Of a DNA stretch of 64,000 bases, positions 17,275 to 26,855 are shown piece by piece. The translations under genes and the position numbers were made by a program. The notes below the pieces were generated by a model. That model ran no database searches. It was not told where the DNA came from and saw nothing but the letters and a program-made list of their open reading frames with translations. The stretch is from an uncultured Candidatus Saccharibacteria bacterium (GTDB lineage Bacteria; Patescibacteriota; Saccharimonadia; Saccharimonadales; JAGQNJ01): positions 35,009 through 99,008 of the forward strand of contig CAZPAW010000003.1 in NCBI GenBank assembly GCA_964584895.1. Direction: 5' to 3'. The first letter of the stretch is position 1; each line of letters opens with the position of its first letter.

Positions 17275-17982
17275 CTACAACAGAGATAATTGGGCGCTAG
17301 GAATCAATCGTGCTATCAGACCACGCGATTTATTATGTCTTGAGTAATCCAATTTACTTTGCATTGCGAAAAACAGCGAATCGGCGATATATAATCCCGC
17401 TCCACTATTATGTGTTAATCTTGAGGCTGGCTGCCGAGCATTACCGTACAATTTTCGGGCATCATCTAATGTTTTTTTACTTATGTTGGTACTATTGCTA
17501 AACACGCCAGCGCTTATAATATTATTTTCACTACGAGCATATAATGTAATAATTTTTCTTATCTTATAGTCATTTGCAGAAATAAAAGTATAGGCCAAAC
17601 TTGTCAAAGCTGCTTCTAAGGCATCTTTATTTGCCATAACAAGCCCACACTTGCCCTCTACCTTAATATCAATCACAGTGTTATAAAGACTAGTGAATCT
17701 GCGTAAATTTTCTGCACAATCATACATAGTAGATGTTAGTGCTATTGGTGATAGTTCAAAAGGTAATCTATTTATAGCAGACTGCGAGCTCAATGTATAA
17801 CTATCAAGTAATTTGATGGCGGCATCGGCGGTGTATTCTATCCTCTTATACTGATCCTTGTCGTTCATTAATCGCCCAAATTCTGCACTCCTAGCAACCT
17901 GCAAAAACGGAATTTTTAACTCTTCTGCAAGAGCATATAGCAAACGTGTATTCAAATCCTTGGAGTCAAGACTTTCCATCAC
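17275..17982 (-). CDS. Degenerate soluble histidine-kinase-like protein (DHp plus HATPase-like, His replaced by Glu)
   Basis: The H-box-like ALAEELKIPF compares with the canonical SHELRTPL. The N-box Asn and the G1 DxGxG are absent (LTSLAYTFISA, VFSNSTNI). The G2-like SGAGLYIAD is retained. There is no TM or sensor domain. Confidence 0.5.
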   Translation of the reverse strand: MMESLDSKDLNTRLLYALAEELKIPFLQVARSAEFGRLMNDKDQYKRIEYTADAAIKLLDSYTLSSQSAINRLPFELSPIALTSTMYDCAENLRRFTSLYNTVIDIKVEGKCGLVMANKDALEAALTSLAYTFISANDYKIRKIITLYARSENNIISAGVFSNSTNISKKTLDDARKLYGNARQPASRLTHNSGAGLYIADSLFFAMQSKLDYSRHNKSRGLIARLIPSAQLSLL

Positions 17983-18077
17983 ACTTCAAATACTCTCCCC
18001 TCACAATCAATACTTAAAAAGTATATCACGGCTGTTAGGCCAAAGTTGTTGTGATATATAAGGGTTAGAGCAAAAAA

Positions 18078-18743
18078 CTATGGGCTAAACTTAAAGTTTT
18101 TCAAAATATTCTTTTCGAAATCTGGCACAAACTGATCAGCCTCAGTCCATAATTTTATAGTTTTATCGCGCAATGGTATCAATATTAATACGCCTTGTTT
18201 GTCACTAGAAATTTTTCCCGTTATTCTTGATCCAATAATATTATCTACATTAACTGGCTTATACGGTTGCGCTTTGGCTTCTCCATTTTTTACATCCGAA
18301 TCAAATTGTTTAATCTCGTTCGCGTAGCTATCATTAGAGACCTCTAGTCTAAACGCGAAGGCTGTGTCACCCTTTATACTAGGAACATAATTTGGATGGA
18401 AAAAACCTGTGATTGGTGTTGAATCGTTATTGTCCTCGACATATGCGCTCCATGTTTTTGGATACTGAATCGATATTGACCCAAAAGATGACGGTCCAGA
18501 ATATACTTGCAAAGGTCGTTTTTCTCTTTCTATAAACTCATTATCCTTTTGTGTCGCAGTCTCCTTTTTTGCTACTTCCACCGCAGTCTCAATTTTTTCA
18601 TCAACATTATTTTTATAATCGGTTCTCTCAGTGTAAGCCCAATATCCAAAGCCTAAGGCACCCAAAAATAGGACAAAAACGAAAATCAACGCCACTACAA
18701 GTAGATTAACCCCGCCAATATTATTCATTTTTTTAAATGTCAT
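18078..18743 (-). CDS. Hypothetical membrane-anchored extracytoplasmic protein
   Basis: N-terminal TM helix (VNLLVVALIFVFVLFLGALGFGYWAY) followed by a ~170-aa soluble domain. No family recognised. Confidence 0.5.
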   Translation of the reverse strand: MTFKKMNNIGGVNLLVVALIFVFVLFLGALGFGYWAYTERTDYKNNVDEKIETAVEVAKKETATQKDNEFIEREKRPLQVYSGPSSFGSISIQYPKTWSAYVEDNNDSTPITGFFHPNYVPSIKGDTAFAFRLEVSNDSYANEIKQFDSDVKNGEAKAQPYKPVNVDNIIGSRITGKISSDKQGVLILIPLRDKTIKLWTEADQFVPDFEKNILKNFKFSP

Positions 18744-18801
18744 AATGCTAATGTTATACCAAAACCTTCACTTCTTACAAGTAGTGTTAATAAATAAACC
18801 G

Positions 18802-19290
18802 TCACTTATAGGTGTATAAAAACACTCCATTTGAAATCTTTAGCGGCTTTTTCCCTGTTATTTCAAATGCATAACTTGCCAATTTGATTGGGTTTTGAAC
18901 TTCATTTAATACTTTATTGTTTAATTTATCCATGTATTTATCTAGCAAAAAACAGTATATGCCATCTGTTTTTGGTAATTTGATATTCCAAAAATTACCC
19001 CAAATAACTGTAACCTTATCTTTGTATTTATAGTTATTAATCTTGGCAACCAAAACAAGTAACGGATTAAGCTCATAGCCGATTACTATAAGTCCCTTTT
19101 TAGCGGCATACTTTAACACGCGTCCGTCACCACATCCTAATTCAATTAAGGTTTGTCCTTTTTTTAAATTCAAGAGATCAATGGCTGAAATAATTTGCTG
19201 TTTTTTTGTAGGTAAATATGGTGCGCCAAACAAAATAACATATCCAAAACAAAAAACAATAACCGACAATATCAAAATAAATATATTCAT
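18802..19290 (-). CDS. Class I SAM-dependent methyltransferase with an N-terminal TM helix
   Basis: Motif I LIELGCGDGRVL. 4-nt overlap with xseB. Confidence 0.65.
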   Translation of the reverse strand: MNIFILILSVIVFCFGYVILFGAPYLPTKKQQIISAIDLLNLKKGQTLIELGCGDGRVLKYAAKKGLIVIGYELNPLLVLVAKINNYKYKDKVTVIWGNFWNIKLPKTDGIYCFLLDKYMDKLNNKVLNEVQNPIKLASYAFEITGKKPLKISNGVFLYTYK

Positions 19291-19481
19291 TTTGTTTTAA
19301 ATGTTTTGATTATGTTCTCTGCGTTTTTTAGATAATCACTCAACTCCTCAAGCAAGATTGTACCTTTTTTGTGAAGTTCTAATGCACGATCAACATCGTT
19401 GTTTAGAGTTTGCATGTCTGCTAAAACTTCATCTAGCTCTTTTCTAATTTCTAGATATTTTCGTCTTTTATTTTTAGTCAT
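19287..19481 (-). CDS. xseB: Exodeoxyribonuclease VII small subunit
   Basis: 64-aa helical protein directly downstream of xseA, with the block LDEVLADMQ...VDRALELHKKGTILLEEL. Confidence 0.75.
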   Translation of the reverse strand: MTKNKRRKYLEIRKELDEVLADMQTLNNDVDRALELHKKGTILLEELSDYLKNAENIIKTFKTK

Positions 19482-19485
19482 GTAT

Positions 19486-20610
19486 TTATTTTACCTTGAT
19501 ATCATTAATTTCAGCCATTACTATTCCGTCAGCCAACTTAATATTAATAGAATCGCCCAGATTTAGTTTTGAGACAGATCTAATACTCAATCCATCTTTT
19601 GAAATTATTGCATAACCCCTATCAAGTATTTTTACTGGATCAAGACTGCGAAGTAATTGTTCTTTAATTAGAATCTGGGCTTGCTCGTTATGGAATAGAT
19701 TTGAGCACAATGTACTAAGACTAATTGTTGTATCTTCAATCTCATGTTTTATATCAAAAAATACATTATCTAATATGGTATTTATAGATTCTTGAATATT
19801 TTTAATAGAAAAAAGCTCTGTTCTTTTATCTGGAACTAAAACCTCGGCCGCATTACTAGGAGTGCTTGCCCGCCTGTCTGCGGCAAGTTCGGCAAAAGTA
19901 TAGTCCCTTTCGTGCCCAACCGCTACTAAAGTAGGTATTTTGCTTCCTGCGATCGCACGAACCAATTGTTCGTCGTTAAACGCTTGTAAATCATCATTAC
20001 TGCCACCGCCTCTAGTAATTACGATTACTTCTAAATCAGGAATCTGACTATTAGCTTTATTAATTGCATCAGCAATTTTTAAGGCTGAATGTTCGCCTTG
20101 AACTGATGTTTCAAAATGGATAACTTCCACTCCACACCATCGATGATTCAATACTTTGATGAAATCGCCATATGCTGCAGATTCCGAGGAAGTAATTAAC
20201 CCAATGCGATTTGGAGACGGAGGTAGAGCTCTCTTTCTCGATTTATCAAAGATACCCTCTCTTTCGAGTTTGTTTTGCAATAAGCTATTCGCACGCTTAA
20301 TCGTACCCGCACCAAATAGTTGAATTGATTGAATTTGCAAACTAAACCCAAACTTTGGGTGTAACTGAGGAACAGCCATTACTTTTAGCATCATGCCGTC
20401 TTCAATAGGCGCAGGTAGCTTTAATATGGATCCAAAAAATTTGACGCTAGAATTTTCATCTCTAAGATTAAAAAATAACCAAGTATTTTTGCTAATAGAA
20501 AAGTTACTAACTTCGCCAACAATCACAACCTGCGGGTATGCATAATTTATAGTCTGATTGAATACTGAGACAAAATCGCTAACACTAAATTCTATAATTG
20601 AGTCTTGCAT
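19486..20610 (-). CDS. xseA: Exodeoxyribonuclease VII large subunit
   Basis: N-terminal OB-fold (VIVGEVSNFSISKNTWLFFNLRD) and catalytic core ITRGGGSNDDLQAFNDE ... VGHERD. Confidence 0.85.
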   Translation of the reverse strand: MQDSIIEFSVSDFVSVFNQTINYAYPQVVIVGEVSNFSISKNTWLFFNLRDENSSVKFFGSILKLPAPIEDGMMLKVMAVPQLHPKFGFSLQIQSIQLFGAGTIKRANSLLQNKLEREGIFDKSRKRALPPSPNRIGLITSSESAAYGDFIKVLNHRWCGVEVIHFETSVQGEHSALKIADAINKANSQIPDLEVIVITRGGGSNDDLQAFNDEQLVRAIAGSKIPTLVAVGHERDYTFAELAADRRASTPSNAAEVLVPDKRTELFSIKNIQESINTILDNVFFDIKHEIEDTTISLSTLCSNLFHNEQAQILIKEQLLRSLDPVKILDRGYAIISKDGLSIRSVSKLNLGDSINIKLADGIVMAEINDIKVK

Positions 20611-21653
20611 CAGCGATTATAATTCTTATCGTGAATGGCTTTATGATAGAAGTAATAACCAGGCGGTAATTGGATTGTCATATTAATAATTCTATATGTA
20701 ATTGTTATCGGCAAGCTAACACCAGCCGGTACGCCAGCAGAAGCCAACACACCAGTCATTAAAAATTCATACACCCCTACTCCGCCAGGAAAAACAGAAA
20801 TTACTCCAGCAAAATTCGCGACTGCATACGCAATGATTACAGCGCCTGGATTAACCCATTGCCCAAATGCAATGTAAACAATATATATGGTTATGACCTC
20901 TGCTATATTTGCGAACAAGGCCGAAACTAAAGGTCTTTTTAATACCTTAGGATTATTTTTGATTAACATATAATTTTCATGTAGATCGGTAAAAAGATCT
21001 TCCACGGTTTGAATATTAATAGTTTCTGGATGACGACGACGAAATACATGGATTACTCTATTTAGTATTTTTGTTAGAAAAGTGAAAAATTTATTGATTC
21101 TGGATTTGCTACCTAAAATATACGCCCCAATAAAAGTACCAACAAATAACATCGTAGCCAACGAACCTGCAACTAAAACCGCTAAGTTACTAGCCTGCCC
21201 GCCCAAAGCTAAAATAATGAGCCCCGTTGCTAGTAGAATCTGAAAAGATATAAATATTAATATATATTTCATGAATTGGACAAGCGTGGCCTGACCGGCG
21301 CTAACTCCCATACTCTTCATTCGTATTCCAAAGTAAGACACCCCAGTGACTCCTCCACTTGGAAAAACAGTATTTACAAAGTTCAATTCCATTTGCAATC
21401 TAAACATTTTCAGATATCTTACTTTTTTATCTAATATATAAAATAAGTCCTGGTACATTTGTGAATAAGCATGGTAGTTAAGTATTTGAGCTGGCAACAT
21501 TAAAAATAGTGCAAATTTTTTCAAATTACCGACATTGCTGATTGTTTCAGCAATTTGATCTCTCGCAATGTAAATCAAACCTACTAATGCAAGGATAGTA
21601 ATTGCATTTACAATTAGCTTCCAAGGTACCTTTTTCTTTAATTCTTCAGACAT
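20610..21653 (-). CDS. UPF0104 / lysylphosphatidylglycerol-synthase-TM-region-like (flippase-like) membrane protein
   Basis: ~8 TM helices and paired FPSGGVTG / FPGGVGVYE motifs typical of this family. Confidence 0.6.
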   Translation of the reverse strand: MSEELKKKVPWKLIVNAITILALVGLIYIARDQIAETISNVGNLKKFALFLMLPAQILNYHAYSQMYQDLFYILDKKVRYLKMFRLQMELNFVNTVFPSGGVTGVSYFGIRMKSMGVSAGQATLVQFMKYILIFISFQILLATGLIILALGGQASNLAVLVAGSLATMLFVGTFIGAYILGSKSRINKFFTFLTKILNRVIHVFRRRHPETINIQTVEDLFTDLHENYMLIKNNPKVLKRPLVSALFANIAEVITIYIVYIAFGQWVNPGAVIIAYAVANFAGVISVFPGGVGVYEFLMTGVLASAGVPAGVSLPITITYRIINMTIQLPPGYYFYHKAIHDKNYNR

Positions 21654-21703
21654 AAGTATTTTATTAATTCATTATACGACATATTTATGGCTATAATTGT
21701 GAT

Positions 21704-22894
21704 ATGGATAATAAATCAATTTGTATTTTAGGAAGATTGCCGGCAATTGCAACAGCCGAACTAGAAAGTTTATTTGGATCAAACAATGTTTCTAAACTGT
21801 CCAGTGAATCAGTGCTAGTAAATCTAGATCCAGCAAATATTGATTACAAAAGACTTGGTGGCACCGTAAAATTATGTCAATTACTTCATGTTTTTGATGA
21901 CAATAACTGGGACAATGTCGAGTCCTACTTAATGCAATCGATATCAGAATATATTTCTGATGGTTCAAAAAAATTAACCTTAGGGTTAAGTGCATACAGT
22001 TTAAGAATCAACCCAAAACAATTATTAAAAACAGGATTAAGGCTAAAAAAAGTCGTCAAAGCTAACAAAACGCCATTCAGATTAGTGCCAAATACAGAAA
22101 CGGCATTATCAAGTGCCCAAGTTTATCACAACAAATTAACCAAGCCTGGATCGATAGAATTATGCTTTATTGGGGCAAATAATAAAATATATATGGCAAA
22201 AACAATACACGTCCAAGATATCAATGCATATTCCGCTAGAGATCAAGCAAGGCCAAAACGTGATGCCAAAGTTGGGATGTTATCTCCAAAACTCGCCCAA
22301 ACTATTATCAATCTCGCAAACCCTGCTCCTGATTCGATTATCCTAGATCCTTTTTGTGGCACGGGAGTAATTTTGCAAGAAGCTTTACTGATGGGATTTA
22401 AAGTAATTGGCACAGATTTGGAGCCAAGAATGATTGATTATTCTAAGGAAAATATAGATGTCTGGTTGAGAAAGCGAGTCGACAATTTCCCTGAGAAAAT
22501 AACCATAGATTGTCAAGATGCTACAAAAGCTAATTGGCAAAAAATATATGGCGTACAATTTAGCGCAATTTCTTCAGAAACCTATCTCGGTCGCCCATTA
22601 AGTTCTCTGCCCGCCCCGCAAGTATTAGATACAATAATTAGAGACGTTGATACAATACTTAAAAAATTCCTAAAAAATATTGCTTCTCAAACCCCGCCAA
22701 AAACTAGACTTTGCATAGCAGTGCCTGCCTGGAAAACAACAAAAGGGTTTTTACACCTGCCCCTCCTTGACCATCTCGAGACAATAGGCTATACTCGTAT
22801 TAAGTTTGTTCATGCTAAGAACGAGGACTTGGTGTACTATCGCGAAGGCCAAATCGTTTGTCGAGAACTACTACCATTAATCAGAAAGAGTTGA
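21704..22894 (+). CDS. Putative RNA (guanine/adenine) methyltransferase, UPF0020-like
   Basis: SAM motif ILDPFCGTGVILQEALLMG in the C-terminal half. The N-terminal domain is unassigned. Confidence 0.55.
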   Translation: MDNKSICILGRLPAIATAELESLFGSNNVSKLSSESVLVNLDPANIDYKRLGGTVKLCQLLHVFDDNNWDNVESYLMQSISEYISDGSKKLTLGLSAYSLRINPKQLLKTGLRLKKVVKANKTPFRLVPNTETALSSAQVYHNKLTKPGSIELCFIGANNKIYMAKTIHVQDINAYSARDQARPKRDAKVGMLSPKLAQTIINLANPAPDSIILDPFCGTGVILQEALLMGFKVIGTDLEPRMIDYSKENIDVWLRKRVDNFPEKITIDCQDATKANWQKIYGVQFSAISSETYLGRPLSSLPAPQVLDTIIRDVDTILKKFLKNIASQTPPKTRLCIAVPAWKTTKGFLHLPLLDHLETIGYTRIKFVHAKNEDLVYYREGQIVCRELLPLIRKS

Positions 22895-22897
22895 TAA

Positions 22898-23170
22898 ATG
22901 TCACACGTTAAAGCCGGCGGCACAAGTAAAAATAACAGAGACTCCCAAGGTCAAAGACTTGGCGTTAAACTATTTGGTGGACAACCGGTTAAAACAGGTC
23001 AAGTAATTGTTAGACAAATCGGAATGACTAAACGTTCTGGTGATGGTACATTTATGAGTCGCAACTTCACTATCCATGCAGCAAAAGATGGTGTCGTCAC
23101 TTTTAAAACTCGAAAATTCAAAAGATTTACTGGCAAAACCGCCCGTAGAACAGAAGTAATAGTTAAATAA
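22898..23170 (+). CDS. rpmA: 50S ribosomal protein L27
   Basis: MSHVKAGGTSKNNRDSQGQRLGVKLFGG... matches the L27 N-terminus. Confidence 0.9.
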   Translation: MSHVKAGGTSKNNRDSQGQRLGVKLFGGQPVKTGQVIVRQIGMTKRSGDGTFMSRNFTIHAAKDGVVTFKTRKFKRFTGKTARRTEVIVK

Positions 23171-23353
23171 TAAAAATAGATCAGTCTTGATGTGCGATAG
23201 CGCTCGAAATAATAGCGTCATTATATTCGCTAAAACCAATACTAATCTTATTATTTAATTCATTTTGTTTTTGAGTCATTTTTGTATCTTTCGAATTAAG
23301 AAACAATATAAGTATACATTATAACAATATTTTTGTCAATACCAGCACCGATG

Positions 23354-23731
23354 CTAGACTCCTAAATGATGCTTGACGCGCTCGACAACATCGGCAATAA
23401 CAACTTGCGACTTAACCATATAGTCATCCACACCAAGCTTCTCGGCCTTTTCTTTATCACTATCCTGACTTAATGCAGTTAACATAACAATCTTAATATT
23501 TGAGGTCTCTGGGGTATTACGAAGAATATCCAGCACATCAAACCCACTCACTTTTGGCATCATAACATCGAGCAATATAAGATCAGGTCGATATTCAACC
23601 GCAGAAGCTAGTGCGTCTTCACCATTTGGTACACGACGTACGCTAAAGCCTTCAGTCTCAAGTCGCATTCGATAAACATTTGCTAATCCATCATCATCTT
23701 CGACTAATAATATCTTTTTTTGGCTGCTCAT
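23354..23731 (-). CDS. Stand-alone CheY-like response regulator receiver (canonical residues)
   Basis: ILLVEDDD, DLILLDVMMP, VMLTA and DDYMVKS. All phospho-relay residues are present and there is no output domain. Confidence 0.85.
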   Translation of the reverse strand: MSSQKKILLVEDDDGLANVYRMRLETEGFSVRRVPNGEDALASAVEYRPDLILLDVMMPKVSGFDVLDILRNTPETSNIKIVMLTALSQDSDKEKAEKLGVDDYMVKSQVVIADVVERVKHHLGV

Positions 23732-23843
23732 TTAGTTATAACTCACTGATTCTAATTTATTTAATTTCATATCTTTTTGTTGCCCTAGCTTGTTGTGTAC
23801 TAATATTTATATTTTCCATCATATAATGATAATGCTAAGTTAT

Positions 23844-25463
23844 TTATGATTTTTTAGCAAGTAGACTCTCTACAAAACCCTTAAACAATGGCTGAGGTTT
23901 ATTTGGTCTAGAATTAAACTCTGGGTGAAACTGGGAAGCAACAAAAAACGGATGATCTATCCCTTCGATAACTTCAACTAAGTTTTTATCAGGCGACAAA
24001 CCTACAGCCTTAATACCCCATTTTTCGTAACTGTCCCTATAATCATTGTTACATTCGTAGCGATGTCTGTGTCTACCGACAATTTTTCTACTTTTGTAAT
24101 ACTTTGCAGAGATTGAATCTTTGTCAAGGTCGCACGGATAATTTCCAAGCCTCATTGTGCCACCTGTATTTTCTAATCCTTTTTGAGAATTCATCGTAGA
24201 TACTACTTGGTCAGGACTACTGTCGTCGAGTTCGGTGCTTGTTGCGCTTTGTATACCATAATTCCTTGCTGCCGCGATAACTGCCATCTGTAAACCTAGA
24301 CATAATCCCAAATAAGGAACCTTATTTTTAAGAGCATATTGGGCAGCTTTTATTTTTCCTTCAAGTGCTCGTTCTCCAAATCCACCTGGTACGATTATCC
24401 CATCGACTTTCGAGAAAGCCTTCTCGAGTTGGCTAGGCGACATTTTTTCACATTTCTCTGCGTCAATCCAAGAATAATCGATACTGACCCCACTATGCCA
24501 GCTAGCGCTTTTTAGTGCTTCAATGACACATATGTATGTGTCCTCATTATCAAGATACTTTGCAACCAATCCTACTTTTATCTTATTTTTTGGTTTGGTC
24601 GTAATCATGTCAACCATTTCGCGCCATTGTTTCATATTAGATCGTTTGTGTTTTAAGCCAAGCTTGGCAACTATATAATCGCCTATTCCCTGATCTTCTA
24701 AAGTTAGTGGAACTTGATATACGCTTTTTGCATTAGGCAGTATTGCGATTCCACTTTCCGGGACTCCACAAAATGTACTCAACTTTTGTTTAACCCTTGG
24801 ATTCTTTGGATCTTCTTCGCACCGAGCTACTAGCAAATCAGGCATTATACCCATACTTCTCAACTCTCTGGTAGCGTTCTGAGCGGGTTTTGTTTTAATC
24901 TCTTTACTCGCGCCTAAAAATGGAAGATATACAACCTGAACATTTATACAATTGTCTGAACCCGTGCGCGTTCGATACTCTCTAATCGCTTCAAAAAATG
25001 CTGGGCTTTCATAATCTCCCACCGTTCCACCTATTTCAACTATATGGACATCAAAGCCAGCACTAGCCTGATCTATGTAAGTCTGAATTGCGTCCGTAAA
25101 ATGCGGAACAACCTGTACTGTTTTTCCCAGATACTTACCATCGCGCTCATCCTGGATCAATCTACGTAATACTCTTCCGCTCATAACTGAGCTCGATGAA
25201 GTAAGCTCTACATCTAAGAATCTTTCATAATGACCAAGGTCAAGATCGGTCTCTGCTCCATCTTTAGTTACGAAACATTCTCCATGTTCTGCAGGATTTA
25301 ATGTTCCGGCATCTACATTCAAATATGGGTCTAATTTTTGTATATTTACTGAGAGGCCTCTGCTCTTAAGGATTGTCCCTATAGATGCGCCAGTTATACC
25401 CTTGCCGAGCCCTGATAGCACTCCGCCTGTTACAAATATATATTTAGTAGGTCGTTTTGCCAC
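23844..25463 (-). CDS. pyrG: CTP synthase
   Basis: N-terminal KYIFVTGGVLSGLGKG, GATase domain GLCLGLQ, 539 aa. Confidence 0.95.
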   Translation of the reverse strand: MAKRPTKYIFVTGGVLSGLGKGITGASIGTILKSRGLSVNIQKLDPYLNVDAGTLNPAEHGECFVTKDGAETDLDLGHYERFLDVELTSSSSVMSGRVLRRLIQDERDGKYLGKTVQVVPHFTDAIQTYIDQASAGFDVHIVEIGGTVGDYESPAFFEAIREYRTRTGSDNCINVQVVYLPFLGASKEIKTKPAQNATRELRSMGIMPDLLVARCEEDPKNPRVKQKLSTFCGVPESGIAILPNAKSVYQVPLTLEDQGIGDYIVAKLGLKHKRSNMKQWREMVDMITTKPKNKIKVGLVAKYLDNEDTYICVIEALKSASWHSGVSIDYSWIDAEKCEKMSPSQLEKAFSKVDGIIVPGGFGERALEGKIKAAQYALKNKVPYLGLCLGLQMAVIAAARNYGIQSATSTELDDSSPDQVVSTMNSQKGLENTGGTMRLGNYPCDLDKDSISAKYYKSRKIVGRHRHRYECNNDYRDSYEKWGIKAVGLSPDKNLVEVIEGIDHPFFVASQFHPEFNSRPNKPQPLFKGFVESLLAKKS

Positions 25464-25527
25464 CTATTCTCCCTTAATTTATCAAACCAAATACTAACAC
25501 ATTTTGAGCTAGTATTAAACCCAGATC

Positions 25528-26778
25528 TCAATTATTATCTAAGTATTTTATTGCATAGTTTAGTTGTTGATCTGAATCAGATTTTGTATCGTTACCAGTC
25601 ATTGGCACTTTTTTGTCAGGACTAATCCCTTCTTTATCGATATTACGTCCATTCGGCGTATACCACCTTGCTATTGTGATTTTAAGCAAACCTCCACTAC
25701 TAACTGGAGTGAGTTGCTGGACACTTCCCTTACCATAGCTGTCTTCTCCAATTAAAGTTGCTTTATTATGGTCTTTAAGTGCACCAGCTACTATCTCACT
25801 AGCACTTGCACTACCTTCATCGATCAAGATAACTGTCTCAAATCCGAGTAATAGATTTGTTCCATTAGCATCATGGCTTTCAATAACAGTTTCACCGCGC
25901 TTTTCCTGAACTACCAAAGTACCTTTTTCTAACCATAAGCTGGATACATCAACTGCTGAAGTTATGAGTCCTCCTGGATTGCCGCGTAAATCTAGAATAA
26001 TTTTTTTAGCACCTTTTGACTTCAAGTTTTCAGATGCTTTTTTAGCTAAATCAGCCGTAGATTCATCAAAACGAGATATTTTTATATAGCCGATGTTATT
26101 TTCTTTCATCGATGACTCAACGCTTGGAATCGTAATATTTTCTCTAATTATTTTTAGTTTCTTTGGATTTTCACCTTTTCGAAGTACTTTTAATTCTACA
26201 GAGCTACCAGATTCACCCCTAATTTTATTTACAGCTTGGCTTAATGACATATCAAAGGTATTTTCTCCATCGATCTCAGTTATTACATCCTTGGGTAGTA
26301 ACCCAGCCTTATCAGCAGGAAACCCGCTAATCGGCGAAACTACCACGAGTAAGTCATTTTCTTTTGACAACTCTGCGCCTATACCGCTAAATGACCCATT
26401 CAGTTCGTCATCAAACTCATCAGCCTCTTCTTTACTTAAATATTCGGTATATGGATCGCCCGTTGAATTTGCTAGCCCATTCTTTAAGCCATTCATAACC
26501 GCATCTAACTTTAGTTCACCGTCATAATTCTCACGGATTAAATCATAAACTTCATCAACAGATGAATAATCTAGTTCTGCTGGCAAATTTTCATTTTGAG
26601 TCTTAATATTATTGTCAAATAACGAAATATCAATGTTGCTAGAACCGAGCGACCAGCCACCGACAAAAATACAAATACCAATAATACTTAGTGTTAGATA
26701 GTGTCGGAATCCTGATTTCCTTGATCTTGGTTCACCAAAATTATTTTTGGAATTAAAATCTTTTTTGTTTATATCCAT
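25528..26778 (-). CDS. S41 family carboxy-terminal processing peptidase (Ctp/CtpB-like) with a PDZ domain
   Basis: TM anchor, PDZ (SPISGFPADKAGLLPKDVITEIDG), LDLRGNPGG and catalytic GSASASEI. Confidence 0.85.
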   Translation of the reverse strand: MDINKKDFNSKNNFGEPRSRKSGFRHYLTLSIIGICIFVGGWSLGSSNIDISLFDNNIKTQNENLPAELDYSSVDEVYDLIRENYDGELKLDAVMNGLKNGLANSTGDPYTEYLSKEEADEFDDELNGSFSGIGAELSKENDLLVVVSPISGFPADKAGLLPKDVITEIDGENTFDMSLSQAVNKIRGESGSSVELKVLRKGENPKKLKIIRENITIPSVESSMKENNIGYIKISRFDESTADLAKKASENLKSKGAKKIILDLRGNPGGLITSAVDVSSLWLEKGTLVVQEKRGETVIESHDANGTNLLLGFETVILIDEGSASASEIVAGALKDHNKATLIGEDSYGKGSVQQLTPVSSGGLLKITIARWYTPNGRNIDKEGISPDKKVPMTGNDTKSDSDQQLNYAIKYLDNN

Positions 26779-26855
26779 TACAAAATAGTATACGCGAATA
26801 TGCTTGTTTTTATATAGCAGATGATTTTGATTACTTAACCATCCTGTTTATATTT

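Noticed and set aside
26093-26527. 144-aa plus-strand ORF inside the S41 protease gene
   Set aside because: It is a Ser/Phe/Pro-rich shadow ORF antisense to a conserved CDS, with no independent support.
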